Below are positions 37,881 to 50,600 of a DNA stretch of 64,000 nucleotides, in pieces. The notes beneath the pieces were generated by a model. That model worked only from the letters and a program-made list of their open reading frames with translations, had not been told where the DNA came from and searched no databases. A program made the translations under genes and the position numbers. Source of the stretch: Balanoglossus misakiensis (lineage: Eukaryota > Animalia > Hemichordata); contig CM082587.2 in the NCBI GenBank assembly GCA_040954595.2, forward strand, positions 1,139,500-1,203,499. The letters run 5' to 3'. The first letter of the stretch is position 1. Every line of letters begins with the position of its first letter.

Positions 37881-38825
37881 ATGGCTGCCACTGGTAAGGG
37901 TCTCACGCCAATCGAAAAAAGGGGCGACAACTTTGATCAGTTTGGTGGATATTTCTTTCCGAAACGAATCTATGACTTCGATAAACTCGACAGAGGCGCG
38001 CTTGGTGAGTTGGAGTTCAGAGAAGGTGACGTTTTTGTCGTCTCCTTCGCCAAATCCGGTCAGAATTGGTTGATTCTATCCCTGCGTGAACTTTACAAAG
38101 GAGACTGGGGCGTTTGCAGACTTGGTGATAATGTGATGGAACCTATGATCGACTGGCCTGCATTTCGAGATGGCGAGGCTATAGGGGGTCGAATCGGAGA
38201 GTTCAGAGCTCAGTTCCTGGAGAACCCAACAGCTCTGCCATCCCCAAGACTGTTTCGAGGCCACATCCCCTGTGATTTCTTCCCGCTTCAGGAAGTCAAG
38301 AAGAAAGGTGGTAAAATCATCTACATTGCCAGAAATCCCAAGGACGTCTGTACGTCGTACTATCACTACATGAAGGCATGGCTTCATGGTGAGTGGGAGG
38401 TACCATGGCAACAGCTGGCTGACCACGATTTCCTGAAAGGTCACGTGTCCCATGGTCCATGGCTGAAACACGTCCTTGGTTGGAGTAATCATGCAGCAGC
38501 AGATGACGACACTATCCTCTGCGTAACATTCGAGAATCTGAAGACAGACTACAAAGGCGAGCTTGGAAAAATTGCCGACTTCATCGGTCGACCAGTCACC
38601 CAGTCTGATCTGGAGCGAGCGGAAGAAAAGTGTGCCTTCCAGAGGATGGATCAGCAACACCTGCACTTCGACGAGAAGAATACTGATTATAACAGGGGTC
38701 GATTCTTCAGAAAGGGTGCCATCGGTGACTGGAAGACACACTTCACAGTTGCACAGAGCGAGCGATTCGACGAGGAAATTGACGGGAAACTGAAAGATGC
38801 CGGAATCTTCATGAAATACGAATGA
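37881..38825 (+). CDS. Cytosolic sulfotransferase (SULT family), 314 aa, intronless CDS
   Basis: 5'-PSB-like FREGDVFVVSFAKSGQNW, LPSPRLFRGHIP (catalytic His), YIARNPKDVCTSYYHY (3'-PB), HGPWLKHVLGW, FENLK, RKGAIGDWKTHFTVAQSERFD. The first ATG is at 37881; the ORF track starts at an upstream TTG. Confidence 0.93.
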   Translation: MAATGKGLTPIEKRGDNFDQFGGYFFPKRIYDFDKLDRGALGELEFREGDVFVVSFAKSGQNWLILSLRELYKGDWGVCRLGDNVMEPMIDWPAFRDGEAIGGRIGEFRAQFLENPTALPSPRLFRGHIPCDFFPLQEVKKKGGKIIYIARNPKDVCTSYYHYMKAWLHGEWEVPWQQLADHDFLKGHVSHGPWLKHVLGWSNHAAADDDTILCVTFENLKTDYKGELGKIADFIGRPVTQSDLERAEEKCAFQRMDQQHLHFDEKNTDYNRGRFFRKGAIGDWKTHFTVAQSERFDEEIDGKLKDAGIFMKYE

Positions 38826-40770
38826 CTGCACCGACACTATCTGAATCGAATATCTTCCCTTAAAAAATAAAAATTGTTATATGTATTGCACAAATTTTTC
38901 GCTTCTTTCCTTCTTTCTTTTCTTCCTTCTTACCACGCTAACAGAGACATGGCAGGCGACTAAACGAGTTGTCCGACTCGAGCACAAGTGCATATTCATG
39001 GCTCACACCATGGAAGTAAGAATGACCTACAAATCTATGCAGTATGGTCGCTTAGAGTGTCCAATTCCAGCGGAAACCGCTGCATGTCTGCATATTCGAA
39101 CAGAGGAAATGAAGGAATGAAAGACAATGAATCCCTTCATTGTGTTCTGCCACCGCCGCCAAGTGGGTGTGGTCATAGACCCCAGAGAAAGGTCTATGGT
39201 GTGGTGCAGGGTTTGAACAGAATGTTGGGGCGAAAATTACAACGTAGTTGATGACAGAAACAAACAAGAGAGCCGATGATTTGATGAAAATAAACTTTCT
39301 AGTACACATGTAAGAGAAAGTTAATAATGTACGGGAAAAACCGTTCTAACTCTCTCGAGAACAACTCACTTCGCTGGAATGTAGGGCAGATTTTATCCCG
39401 GTCAGGAAACAAAAGAAACGCCGGTATATTGTCGGCGAAGTTTCCGCTATGTGGCTTGGTCCAGCTAAGCCAGGTATTGTGTGACAAGCTCCAAAATGTC
39501 ACGTGACAGGATTGGCGGATCTATCTATCCGTCAATATATCCTAGGATCTGTCACTCTGTACTGTACGTACGTTGGTATGTGCACGGTTAGTACATGTAC
39601 TAGTAAGTTAGTACAATCGTACTATGGTGACGAAATTAAAATAAATCAAATATAGACTCCCATAGAACGCGTTAATTCAGAGGGCATTTGCTCAAGGGAA
39701 AGGTAACAGACAAATTGTAATCTCTCGGTCAAGTGGAACCGAGTGGATCACCCAAAAGGTGACACTGTTCAATATCTGTCAATACACATGTCCGTGAGGT
39801 CGATCACTCCAGCAAGTTTCGCCCTCCGTCACTAGCACTGCACATGCGCTGTTAGAGTTGGGCGTGTCATGACACTGAGTCCACTTCAGGTATTATCAGG
39901 TGATGCTTGGTCACACCTGGCCGTGCGTGATGATGACCAGTACAGTTGATCACGTGTCTGACTGCAAACTCGCATGTGACGCGGCGACACTACTGAGTGT
40001 TATCCATACAAATGTATATTTCCGCCACAACTCTGTTTTCCCGAATGGATGGCCGTGGATGTTACGATATGACCTTGTAGGTGGCGCCACTTAATTACTA
40101 TGTCCCTGGATTGCTACTGGAACTATCATCCGCATAGTAAATACATGGCGGCTATGTACTACTAGTCTTACGCAATCTCACCGAATAAAAAGTCGCTTGA
40201 CGTGTGCTATTTATTTAAAATAAGACACGGAGGTAGACAGAATTCAACGAAAGTGGACAGTTTGTTGTACTACAAGGGAATAAGGGGATGGGTGTTGGAG
40301 GGTGTGTCAGTCCCCCCCCCCCCACGATTGCAGGGTAATGGAAACGAAGGAAGCAAAAAAGTGATAATATAGTCTATGCGTAGTACACTCAACATCGAGA
40401 AAACCGTGATTTTAACAAAACGATTCAAAGCTCTATTAGCAGGAATAACATACGTTTGGGAAATGGCTAATTGGTTGGCCTGGCAACGCTCATAACAACG
40501 GGAATAAACTAGGTCAGACCTTATTTGGACAATAGTATAATGCGATGAAAATGGAAAGATGCGAGGCCATTTTTACCAGAGTTACATGTGAATTTAATTT
40601 TGGTGACGAATGACAAAATTTGACTTTAGATTATGGATAATATTTTGACAATGAACCCATCTAAAATGACATGACTCTACTAAATATAGTTGTGCCCAAA
40701 TGACACAACCCGTTTTTTTTGCATCACCCCCGCGGCCCCCAGTTAAAATCAAACAGTGTGTATGTGTAGA

Positions 40771-40809
40771 ATATCGCTCTCCCATACACAGTATATGGGA
40801 GAACGATGT
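40771..40809. repeat. Imperfect palindrome (MITE-core-like)
   Basis: atatcgctctcccatacac-a-gtatatgggagaacgatgt; 19-bp arms with 3 mismatches. Confidence 0.55.
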
Positions 40810-43800
40810 GGTTCTCCAAATGGATATGGTTGTACACAGTCACTCCACACGGAGTGAATGTGGGTTGTAAATCAGTCACGTTCCACGGCTATATCTTCAC
40901 GAAAACACACATTACTGAATGAACATAGTACGGGGAAAGCATGAGCGCTAAAGTGATACAACATTACTTTTCTGAAAAAAGATATCCTTGTTTTCAAGGA
41001 AATACTGTTATTGTTGACGAAGGGAATACTTGTTTACATGGAGGTCTTCGACACCGGCGAGCTTGTTATGGTCGTCGAGTTCGCGAGAAACGGTGACGTC
41101 ACTTGTTTTGCTTTCACAGGAAGTGAACCTTCACCCGCTTCTCGCGATTTCCGGTCACTGACCTCCTAGCAACGTAATAACCCAGCAACAACAAATAATA
41201 CGAGTGCGTTGAAGATGTAGAAATCATGACATATTATACAAGTATGAGTAATCCCGAAAACAAAGGTGATATTGGTGAGATAAACAGCATCTAACCCAGT
41301 TTTATCCGGTTCGTCGCATTGGTTCATTGTAAGCTCCGACGTTATACAAAAAATCACGCCATATTTCACAGTACTGATATTGCAATTGTTTTACGTATTT
41401 ACATATTTGCATTGTCATTCACTATCTGGTTGTTCTATTACATAATTACACGGATGTCTGCATAGACACAGACAGTTGTCAATCAACACACTGGATGCTG
41501 CGCATGCCCCGATGGTAATGATGAACGTGACGTAGAAATACAAAATATAGATATTTCACTATTACATGTAAACAGTATAAAATAAAATGTCTGTTTCAAT
41601 TAAATTCTCATTGGTCATATCCTTTCACATCATGTCATGTCATGTCGAGATGGACACACAATATCACCTACCCACATCATTATTACACATTCTACTAAGT
41701 ATTACACAAATTCAATGTAAATGCTTGGCCTTGGTCTAAATATAGAAATAATATCGGTGTGCCCATTATGTGACCCCTTCCATTACGTGCAACAACACAG
41801 AACATCTTGTTATTACATGCTCACTTACAAAACAAGACAAAATAAAATAAAGTATATGACAAAAACTGACACGTTTTCATTCACCAGCCATTGCTACGCA
41901 AAATGAAGTTTCCTGAACCGACAAAAAAACGCAGATTTGACAGTGATCACTATGAAGATAACGGTGATTGTTAAAAAAATCAGACGGAAATGCTCTCATG
42001 TAATATTAAACGTATACAACCTGTATCAAATCACATGTTTACCTGTAAGGAGGTTTTAAAGTGACGTTTTGATATAAACAGAAACTATCAAATTTTAAAA
42101 TGACGCGGAAATGCCCGTGGTTAAACATTGAACCGATACTTCGGTAGAGGGTAATATGTCAACAGAAAGAGCTGTACAACTTAAAGAGGATATAATTTAA
42201 AGCAAGTAAGGGTGAAATTCGATAAGGGCGACGGGAAGTGTACGGGAAATTGCAGGCACTGGATTCAGGTGAACTTTTATTGTGTCGCTGTTGGGGGTGG
42301 GCGGGTTCAAGACTTGCCACGACTCCTGAAGATCTGTTTACTTTGAGAATTCAATATCGATTGGTTAACTGAATCCTGTATCTGCCGCCGGGAAAATAAT
42401 TGATGTTCGATATGTTCTTTCGGGGGATGTGATGTTGTTGTTTTTTCGAGTGAGAGGCGCCGCGTGCTGAGAGACCGAGCCGAGTGGGCCCGATGGCATC
42501 GAACCGAAATTCGATAAATATTGAAGGTGAGATATATAAAAATATTTTTAACATCCATTGGGTTGAGATTCAAGTCACCGAAACCGTGTTTTGCCATAAA
42601 CAGATCAATATTTTCTTTTCTTGAACAGGAAATGGTCGTGACTGAAGCTTAAATATCGAAAAAAGGTTATTATAACAAAACATCCATAACCCGGAGAAAA
42701 GGAAGTGCTCAGCGATCATTACCGGACCGACCGCTACAGGAAACAGTTTTGTCATTGGGATAACGGAAGTTGTATAAATGTAAGAGATCGATCCGTATTC
42801 AAGCCGCCGAGAGTCGGGAGGCAAGCAATCAGTCTGAGAAGGGAAGTTGTATTGTGATATCATCACGTTGTCTCCCACACCGGCTCATTAATTTGTGTAC
42901 GATACAACTGGTTGCCATAGCAACACGGCGCGAAACAGACTGGGGAATATTACGCGAGTACGTCCAAACGTAGTAGAAAAATAAAAATTGTTTTAGGGGC
43001 AAGGATGATCAGCTATAGATACCCCCCCCCCCCCCCCGCGGCAAGTGTTTTCTCCTTGTACCGGTTGGTGTAAATATCGACGGTCTGGAATGATGATCGG
43101 TAACTGTCATACATCTATTATCATTGTGTATCCGGGAAAACAAATTAAAGCGTCTTTGGGGTAATAATCGTATAAAGAGAAGCACGTTTCTGTCGAGGTC
43201 ACCCGCCGTAAAAAATCCGACGGTAGCTTTTCCTACGAGAGGTGATACACTTCGCAAAATGGATATAACCTTGGAAAATACAATGCGACCTTGGAATGGA
43301 GTGTCAGTAAACACGACAAAAAAGGATAAAGCAATGCGCTGTATTTAGATTTCCCATAAAATATTTGCTGCAATATAATTGGTGGACGGTACGACTTATG
43401 CGGTTTCCAATGCGATCCGGACCACACAGGTTGAGAAAAACAGCGCCGCCAGCGACACAAAGTTGCAGGATAAAACAGGGAACGTCAAAGCTGCCTGTAG
43501 GTGGCACTCACGTACATTTAATCATCTGGAGCGCCTTTACATACAACACTGAACAGCACGAGCAGATTCAACTCTGCAAATTGGCCAGAAGCATTTCTGG
43601 CGGCCGTGTCTTTCATTCATACTTCATTATCTTTAAGTGATTTTAATCTGTGATAAATTTATTTTAACAGACCCTTTCAGCTTGATCTGATTCAAAACAA
43701 TAACTCACAACACTGAAAATAACACCTCAATATACGCCTTGTTTGAAAGTTGAATACCGAACTGTACACTGATTTCAATATACACATGTAAACATACACA

Positions 43801-44056
43801 CATCCATCCATACAGACGCAACCGATCCCATACACCAAATGGGTCCTAACAACTGTAACCACTTCATTGCTGAGTACTCCATCTCATTTTTCCCCACAGG
43901 ATATCACTCATGTCCATGGATGTTCCATGTATTCTTAATGGATGTAGACGCTTCATGAGTTATATATATCCAGTGTTTCTGAAAGCTTTGCAGATGTTGC
44001 TACTGTAGCTTTGTGTGTGTACATGTGTGTTACATATCCTGATGGGTAGCCTGGTC

Positions 44057-47000
44057 TCACGTTGCCAGCTGGATGGACATGATGGTACCGAATGGGAAAT
44101 GCTGAACTATGGGAAACTTCATCAAACACTGCCAGAAAAGAACAGTGAAAAATAGCGTCAAGGACACTGTGGTCCCATTTGAGGATTACACAGAAATGGG
44201 TATACACTGCCAGAAAAGAACAGGTAAATAAGGAACACAAAAAATGTATAATTTAACTATGAATAATGACTTTGCAGTGTGTGTGTGTGTGTGACAAGGG
44301 TATGGTCAGGTACATGTACCTATATGTGTGTCACACGACTGGATGACTCACCTCAGCTTTGTACATTTTAATGAGACCCGAGTTGACTTTGGTCCAATGT
44401 GCTACACCACTGATTCCCCACAGTGTGTTGGAATGCTCACCAAAGGAACCAGTCTTCACCTGATACACAGCAAGAGAAATACAATCAATTAGGAAATGGG
44501 TTTATTCAGAATCTCAAACCTTCAAGGACAAGTTTTGTCTCACAAAAACTGCAGGCAAGACAATAAGTTTCATTATCCAGTCACCACTTGTCTCATATAA
44601 TGCTTTTGAGTGTGTGCGTAACAGTAAATTGGTAAATAATCTTAAAATGAATGTTACTTACAGACATTATGTACTTAATGCAACCAAATATCATGTATTG
44701 CTTGTCAAATCCTTCAGCATATTCTGGATTTGGTAGAGATTTGGGTAAAATCCTTTGATTTCCAATGAGCTGTGAACTTCCCCATATAAATGGCAGGAAT
44801 TGAAAATCATCTAAGCCCCACACTCCTTGACTGCCAGCCGGTTCCATTCGGTAAACTGTTTGTAACTTTCTCATAACATCTATATACCTGGAAAATCAAA
44901 TACAGCAATTATTTCTCAACATCATCTCACACCACATCCCTGGATACTTTAGATTATTTTCAGAAACGAACTCTACCGCCAGATGGTGCTGTTTGCATTC
45001 ATTGTTAACTTGAGCTGAAAGAACATTGCTCTTAACTGATTTCAAATTCAGAAGGTTTGGGATCTTGCAAGAATTGTGTGTCCCAAATATGAAACTGAAC
45101 ATCACATACCTGGTAAATACTCTGTGTGCAATAGCCACATTATCATCTTTTGTAAGTATTCTGAGTTTATATAAACAACACAGGAAGACAGCATAATTCA
45201 TCTCATGGCCTGAAATGCAATCATACCAACATTTAAGTCGGGTTATTTAGACTTGAAAGCAAATTGTGTAACAGGACCGTCGAGAATAGCGCCCTCTACG
45301 GCCAACACAGATGTTTATGACCAGGCCACTATCAGCAAAAATACTTCTACAACAAAAGTCTACTGTTGTTTTCAATCACAAAGCTCACACAAAAGCTTAC
45401 CTGTACCATAGTCTATACGTGTAGAATTACCAAAACCATCTAAAAGATAGACTTCTAGCTCTGTGACTGCAGCCTGGTATTTACTTGGAAGAAGGGGCTG
45501 AATCAGAGATTGTGCATTCTGTTGACACAAACAAATTCAATGTTTTACTCATCAAACAGGAACAATCACACCCACTGCCACATTTTTGAGTTCACAAATT
45601 TCCCATTATCCCACAAGATTGAGCATACTGTAGAAAATCATTGCATACCTCTTGTAATCTCTTAAACAAATCTCTGAATGCTTTGTTACCAAACCTCTGG
45701 GGTTGATCAATCGGTGGGATTTCATCTATCCATCCGTCTATGATATCTAACATGTTGATTAGTTTTTGACAAGTCTACAAAAAATGACAGAGAAAGATGA
45801 TGAAATTTACACACAGGGCTTTCCACAGGTGAAAAGAATATCTTGCTGATTAAAGTTACCAGTATTATCTGAACTTGTACCTCTGACGATTTATTTCCTT
45901 ACCTCTGAAACTTCACATTCATCAGTCAACTTCTTTCCCTTGACACTTTCATTTAATGACAAGACAAATCCCATATAATCCTGATACGCTTGTGATTTCT
46001 CCCACTTTGGCAGATCCATGGGAGATTTGATTTCCTTTTCTGGTTTTACAAACTCATGATCAACTGCATCAGAGTCAGTGTCTTGGTTTTCTGTTGCTAC
46101 GTTTTCAACATTATCAGCTGCAGTTGGTTTCTCTGTATTTCCCTCCTCTCTAGCTGTCTCTGTGTCTTCCTTTTCTCCAGCCATTTCTGTATTTTCTGAT
46201 TGTGAATTTGGTGCCACTGTCACTGTACTGGCTTTGCCGGCAGACTCTTCTGTTTTGCATTCATGTCTCTGTTCTGACAGTGGGGTTTCATTGTTGACAG
46301 GGTTTTGTCCTGGATAGCAAAAAGTGAAAATATGTGTTTACACCCAAGTTCATACTGTATTCTACTGTTGGTTGTATTTTCATTGGTACTTGGGAGGGGT
46401 GTACTAATGTGCATCACTATTCATATTAATTAAAGGGACAAAGTCTCTCTCTCACTCTTCTTTTTCCATTTATTATGTTTGATTCACTACACTGTCTATG
46501 CTAATGCACATGTGGATATATAGTGAATCAACATTCAACCATCACGTTTGTAGGATATGAGAGTAAAAATCTCGCCAAAATGAATAAATGGTTAACACCG
46601 AATATTCATTTTGATCTCGCGTCTACAAGTGGGATGGAAGGTGTGTGTGGTTGAACTATGAGTAAAATTTCTACATAATGTTTACCATAGAGATTTTCAA
46701 AGTCACTAAATTTGGCGGCCATTTTGAATGCCATAGACTAAGCACAGATATAGGCGGCCATTTTGAACCTCAAATTTGGCGGCCATTTTGAAAGTCTTAA
46801 TTTTAAGACAATTTTGAAAAGACCCCTCCCCCCGAATTTAATGTTGTTTGTGGTTGAACGTTAATTCACTATATACATGTATTCACATGTACTTAACATC
46901 AATGGTGTCTTGTATCAAACATACTTAATGGGAAAAGGGCAGCAAGAGAGAGACTTTGTCCTTTTAATCATAATGATGCTCATGCAAAAATAATTAAACA

Positions 47001-47172
47001 ACATTTAAAAAGCGCGCGAGGTCGGCCTTACGAAACACACTGTCGCATATCGTTCATCTACCACAGACAAGCGTTGAATTTACCATTGGCGTCATTATAA
47101 AACCTTGAAGTAAGGTATACCATGGAAAAACTTGGTCGGAAGTACTTCATGCCTACCTTCAACATCCGCCAT
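44057..47172 (-). CDS. PTPA: Protein phosphatase 2A activator, about 390 aa, 8 exons: 47157-47172, 45903-46309, 45649-45774, 45401-45518, 45110-45209, 44662-44887, 44352-44459, 44057-44128
   Basis: [113 protein letters not shown]. All introns are GT-AG and in phase. Confidence 0.97.
46434..46963. mobile_element. Non-autonomous TTAA-targeting DNA transposon (Kolobok/piggyBac-like MITE) in PTPA intron 1
   Basis: TTAA at 46430-46433 and 46964-46967; TIR of about 19 bp (agggacaaagtctctctct versus the reverse complement of agagagagactttgtcctt, 1 mismatch); three internal copies of GGCGGCCATTTTGA; no coding capacity. Confidence 0.75.
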
Positions 47173-47602
47173 TTCTTCAAATTCACTTCAGCGCATGCGT
47201 ATTTATCTTTGACCTCGAAAGTGCGACCTGAGATCCAGTCCCAAAGTTTCTGCCTGAATTCGTGAGCTGTAGAGTTCAGTAGACAATAAATGCCGCAAAT
47301 GTTGTAGGAAAGTTTCCTTCTTTTTTGCACAATTAATGCAAGTAACTTACAACGGTTACTATCTGTTACATTTTAACTGTACATGTACATGCACACACTG
47401 CATTGGGAATCCAAGCGTAAAAAATATTTCACAACATTCAACAACTTAGGAGGTACACGTGCACATAACACTCAACAGTACAGTACACTGTAACACCAAC
47501 ACTGGACAGTGATCGCACATCAATGCTTGTCTAGCTGGTTAATCAGACAGTTCATATTCAAAGAGGATTTGCATTTAATTCAGAAGATCCAATCTTACAC
47601 CA
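47173..47602. promoter_or_regulatory. PTPA/CRAT bidirectional promoter
   Basis: Divergent ATGs 430 bp apart; NRF1-type GCGCATGCGT at 47191-47200. Confidence 0.7.
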
Positions 47603-50600
47603 ATGTTGCGTGTGTGGGCTGGAAACATGGTAAGTTGGCGTTTGGATCGCGGTTTGCGCTTATGCATATGGCGGTGCACATGACCACCTAGCGCCGTGAA
47701 GATAAATCGTGACATTCAAGTTCCCCAAAATAAATCTGCGAGCGCCTCAAGCGACAGGTTTTTGCTGCCAAGCATCTAATTACTTTCCCTTTTGTTTTTA
47801 TTTTTTCCCCAAATGACTAAGCGATATCTTCTCATGACTTGTAATGTGAAACAGAAATGTTAAAAAATAAGATTGTCACCTGTGCATAAATATTTTTAAA
47901 CTAATTTTTTTCATAAACTTCACAAGATGAAAAGAACAATCTTTAGCAGAATCCATCTACAGTCATATCACAGTTTGGGGTTATGCAGCTATAAAGTTAT
48001 TAATTGCATAAAATGATAAGAGATACCCTTACTTGTGACACCAAGTCAAAAGTTTGTTGACACTGCCCCACTTTGTCAAATTGCCTGTCGGGGCGTAGAG
48101 TTCAAAGTTCAACTAATACCTTTACAGCACATATGACAAAGGTCCGAGTATAGTATTAAACTTTGGCCAGGTACTGACAAACTATTGAGACCCACTGTAC
48201 CAGACCTGACTACAGCAGACATGAACACCGTCATTGTTGTAAGTTACTGTATATCCCTTCTAAGACTTAACTCTGATTCAGAAACTATGAGGGGGTTTAC
48301 TTTTACTTGCATAAAAGTCCTTTTTCTTCAGAGTTCATTGACCTTGACCAGTTAAATGTCTCTACACATCAGCTGATCTGTGTGAACTGATCATATTATG
48401 ACCAGTAAATCTTGAGGCCCATTTCTGCACGTCTCTAAAAATGTTACTGTTGTGATGGGAGTTTGGCAAAGTTCCCAGATACAGTACAACAAGATACGCA
48501 GTTGCAAAACAATTTCATGTTTCTTGATTTCATACATGATATCCTGTGAACACCATCCTATTTCTAAGTGATCTGACTGTTTTTTTCCATGTTTACAGCT
48601 GCTAATCTCTCACTCAGTGCCAAAGTTATTGTGCTTTGGCACTGCTTAGACGTAGCAGACATATTATGACGACGTGTTAGTTAAAAAGACGTTACCACTG
48701 TTACTAGTATATCACAGTCACGAGTAAAATCTGAAGGATTTCTGTACCAATGGGTTGCAGTCATACAATTGTGGTACACAACACATTTCGTTCTTTTTCC
48801 TGATTGGTTGTGTGATTCAGCTTCTTTGCATGATAACTAACTCCCACCTGTGCTTTATTGTGCAGTGTTCAGAAAAGAAATTCAGAAACTTGCATATACT
48901 AACTCCATTTAATAACTGGGCTACAGATTGCAAATTTGCTGATTGTATGAACACTCTTGTGTTATTGCAAAAATTGTGTGTCAGCAGCTGCAATCAATTT
49001 CTCAGTGAATGAAAGAGTGCTTTTTAAAGAGCTCTGTGTAGAAATAGCAATGTATGTGGCAATATGTGCAAATGTTTATAGAGGTAAAATTTGGCTTGTT
49101 TCTGGTTTGAGGGTGAACTGCTTGCTCACTCACTCATAGTAGGCTTAATAACTGGACAGCACCAGTATCCAATGTGAAGTATTAAAATGATAGTAGCAAA
49201 GCAGCTTATGTTTCTTGATATGTTGGTTTCCATTTTTTTTTCAGATGAAGCAGGGAGCGATTAGGGCTGGGAAGATGGCTCAGCCATCACAAGTTCCCAC
49301 CAAGGCGCCCTTGATAATGAAGTCGTACTTGTCACATCAGAGTTCTCTGCCTAAGCTTCCAGTGCCTCCACTCCAGCAGACTCTGTATAAGTACTTGGTC
49401 ACTATGAAGCCTCTGCTGACAGACGATGAGTACGCAAATACCAAAGAGGTAAGTGGCTGTAATTAAATTCTTTGACATACCCCCGGAAATAGGGTAACGA
49501 CTTCTGCTGCTACGAAATTGCTGTCTGTCTCACTGTGTCTTCTCTTGCAGATTGTTGATAAGTTTGGCAAACCAGGTGGAGAAGGGGAGCGACTTCAAAT
49601 GAAACTGTGGCAGAGAGCACAGAAATTGGACAGTTGGGTAAGTGATCCAAAAGTTCTACTCAACACAAACTCTTCAAATGATGATGAGGTTACTTCAGTC
49701 AAATGTGTGTATTTATTATCAGCTTTCAGATTGGTGGCTGCACGTAGCATACCTAGACTTCAGGTCACCAGTAATTGTCCATTCCAATCCTGGTGTTGCA
49801 TTCCCTCTGCAAGAGTTCAACACCCAAGGGGATCAGTTAAGGTGAGCATCTGCTTGCCAATAAATCTAATCCTTCAAGCAGATCACAAGTCTCTTTTTCA
49901 AACGAACCGTTCATTAATGACAGTTAACATAGGTCAAATCTGAAGTATGGCAAAAACTGAATAAATGATATACCATTACAGAAGTGAATAAAGGCCAATT
50001 GGTTATAATTTTCTTGTCTTACAGTTTTGCTGCCAAGATAATTGCAGGTGTGCTAGACTACAAAGTGATGATTGACAGGTGAGGAAGACAAGTTTTGATC
50101 ATGTGATCAGTCATTGTTTTTCAGAATATTGCCATCTTGGAAGATGATATACAGAATGTTTGACATCATAAAAAACTTAAATACCGAGTTATATATTGCT
50201 GTGTCAAAATGTATGGCAAGTGTCTTTTAGATTCCCACATATTAAAAAAAATTATTACTATTTCACTAGCGAAATGTCTTATGTATCAGTGAGTAACTCA
50301 TGATGTCCTTCTGTTGCCAACAGAGAAAATCTACCCATAGATATGATGGGAGGACAGCCATTGTGTATGGATCAGTATTACAAGCTGTTGTCATCCTGTC
50401 GTATTCCTGGCCCCAAACGAGACACTGTTGTCGTGTATCCTGGCAACAAATCAAACGCACCAAAACACATCGTAGTTCTACATAATAATCATGTGAGTTT
50501 ACCTTATTATCATGTGATTGTCATGTGATATGTATGATCAAACTTATGATACTGTGACAATGAATTTTCTGTTGTTTTTACATACACTGTCCAAAACAGA

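Noticed and set aside
38076-38837. 253-aa antisense ORF over the SULT (likewise the antisense ORFs over IER at 32018-32623)
   Set aside because: Shadow ORFs of real coding sequence, with no recognisable motifs.
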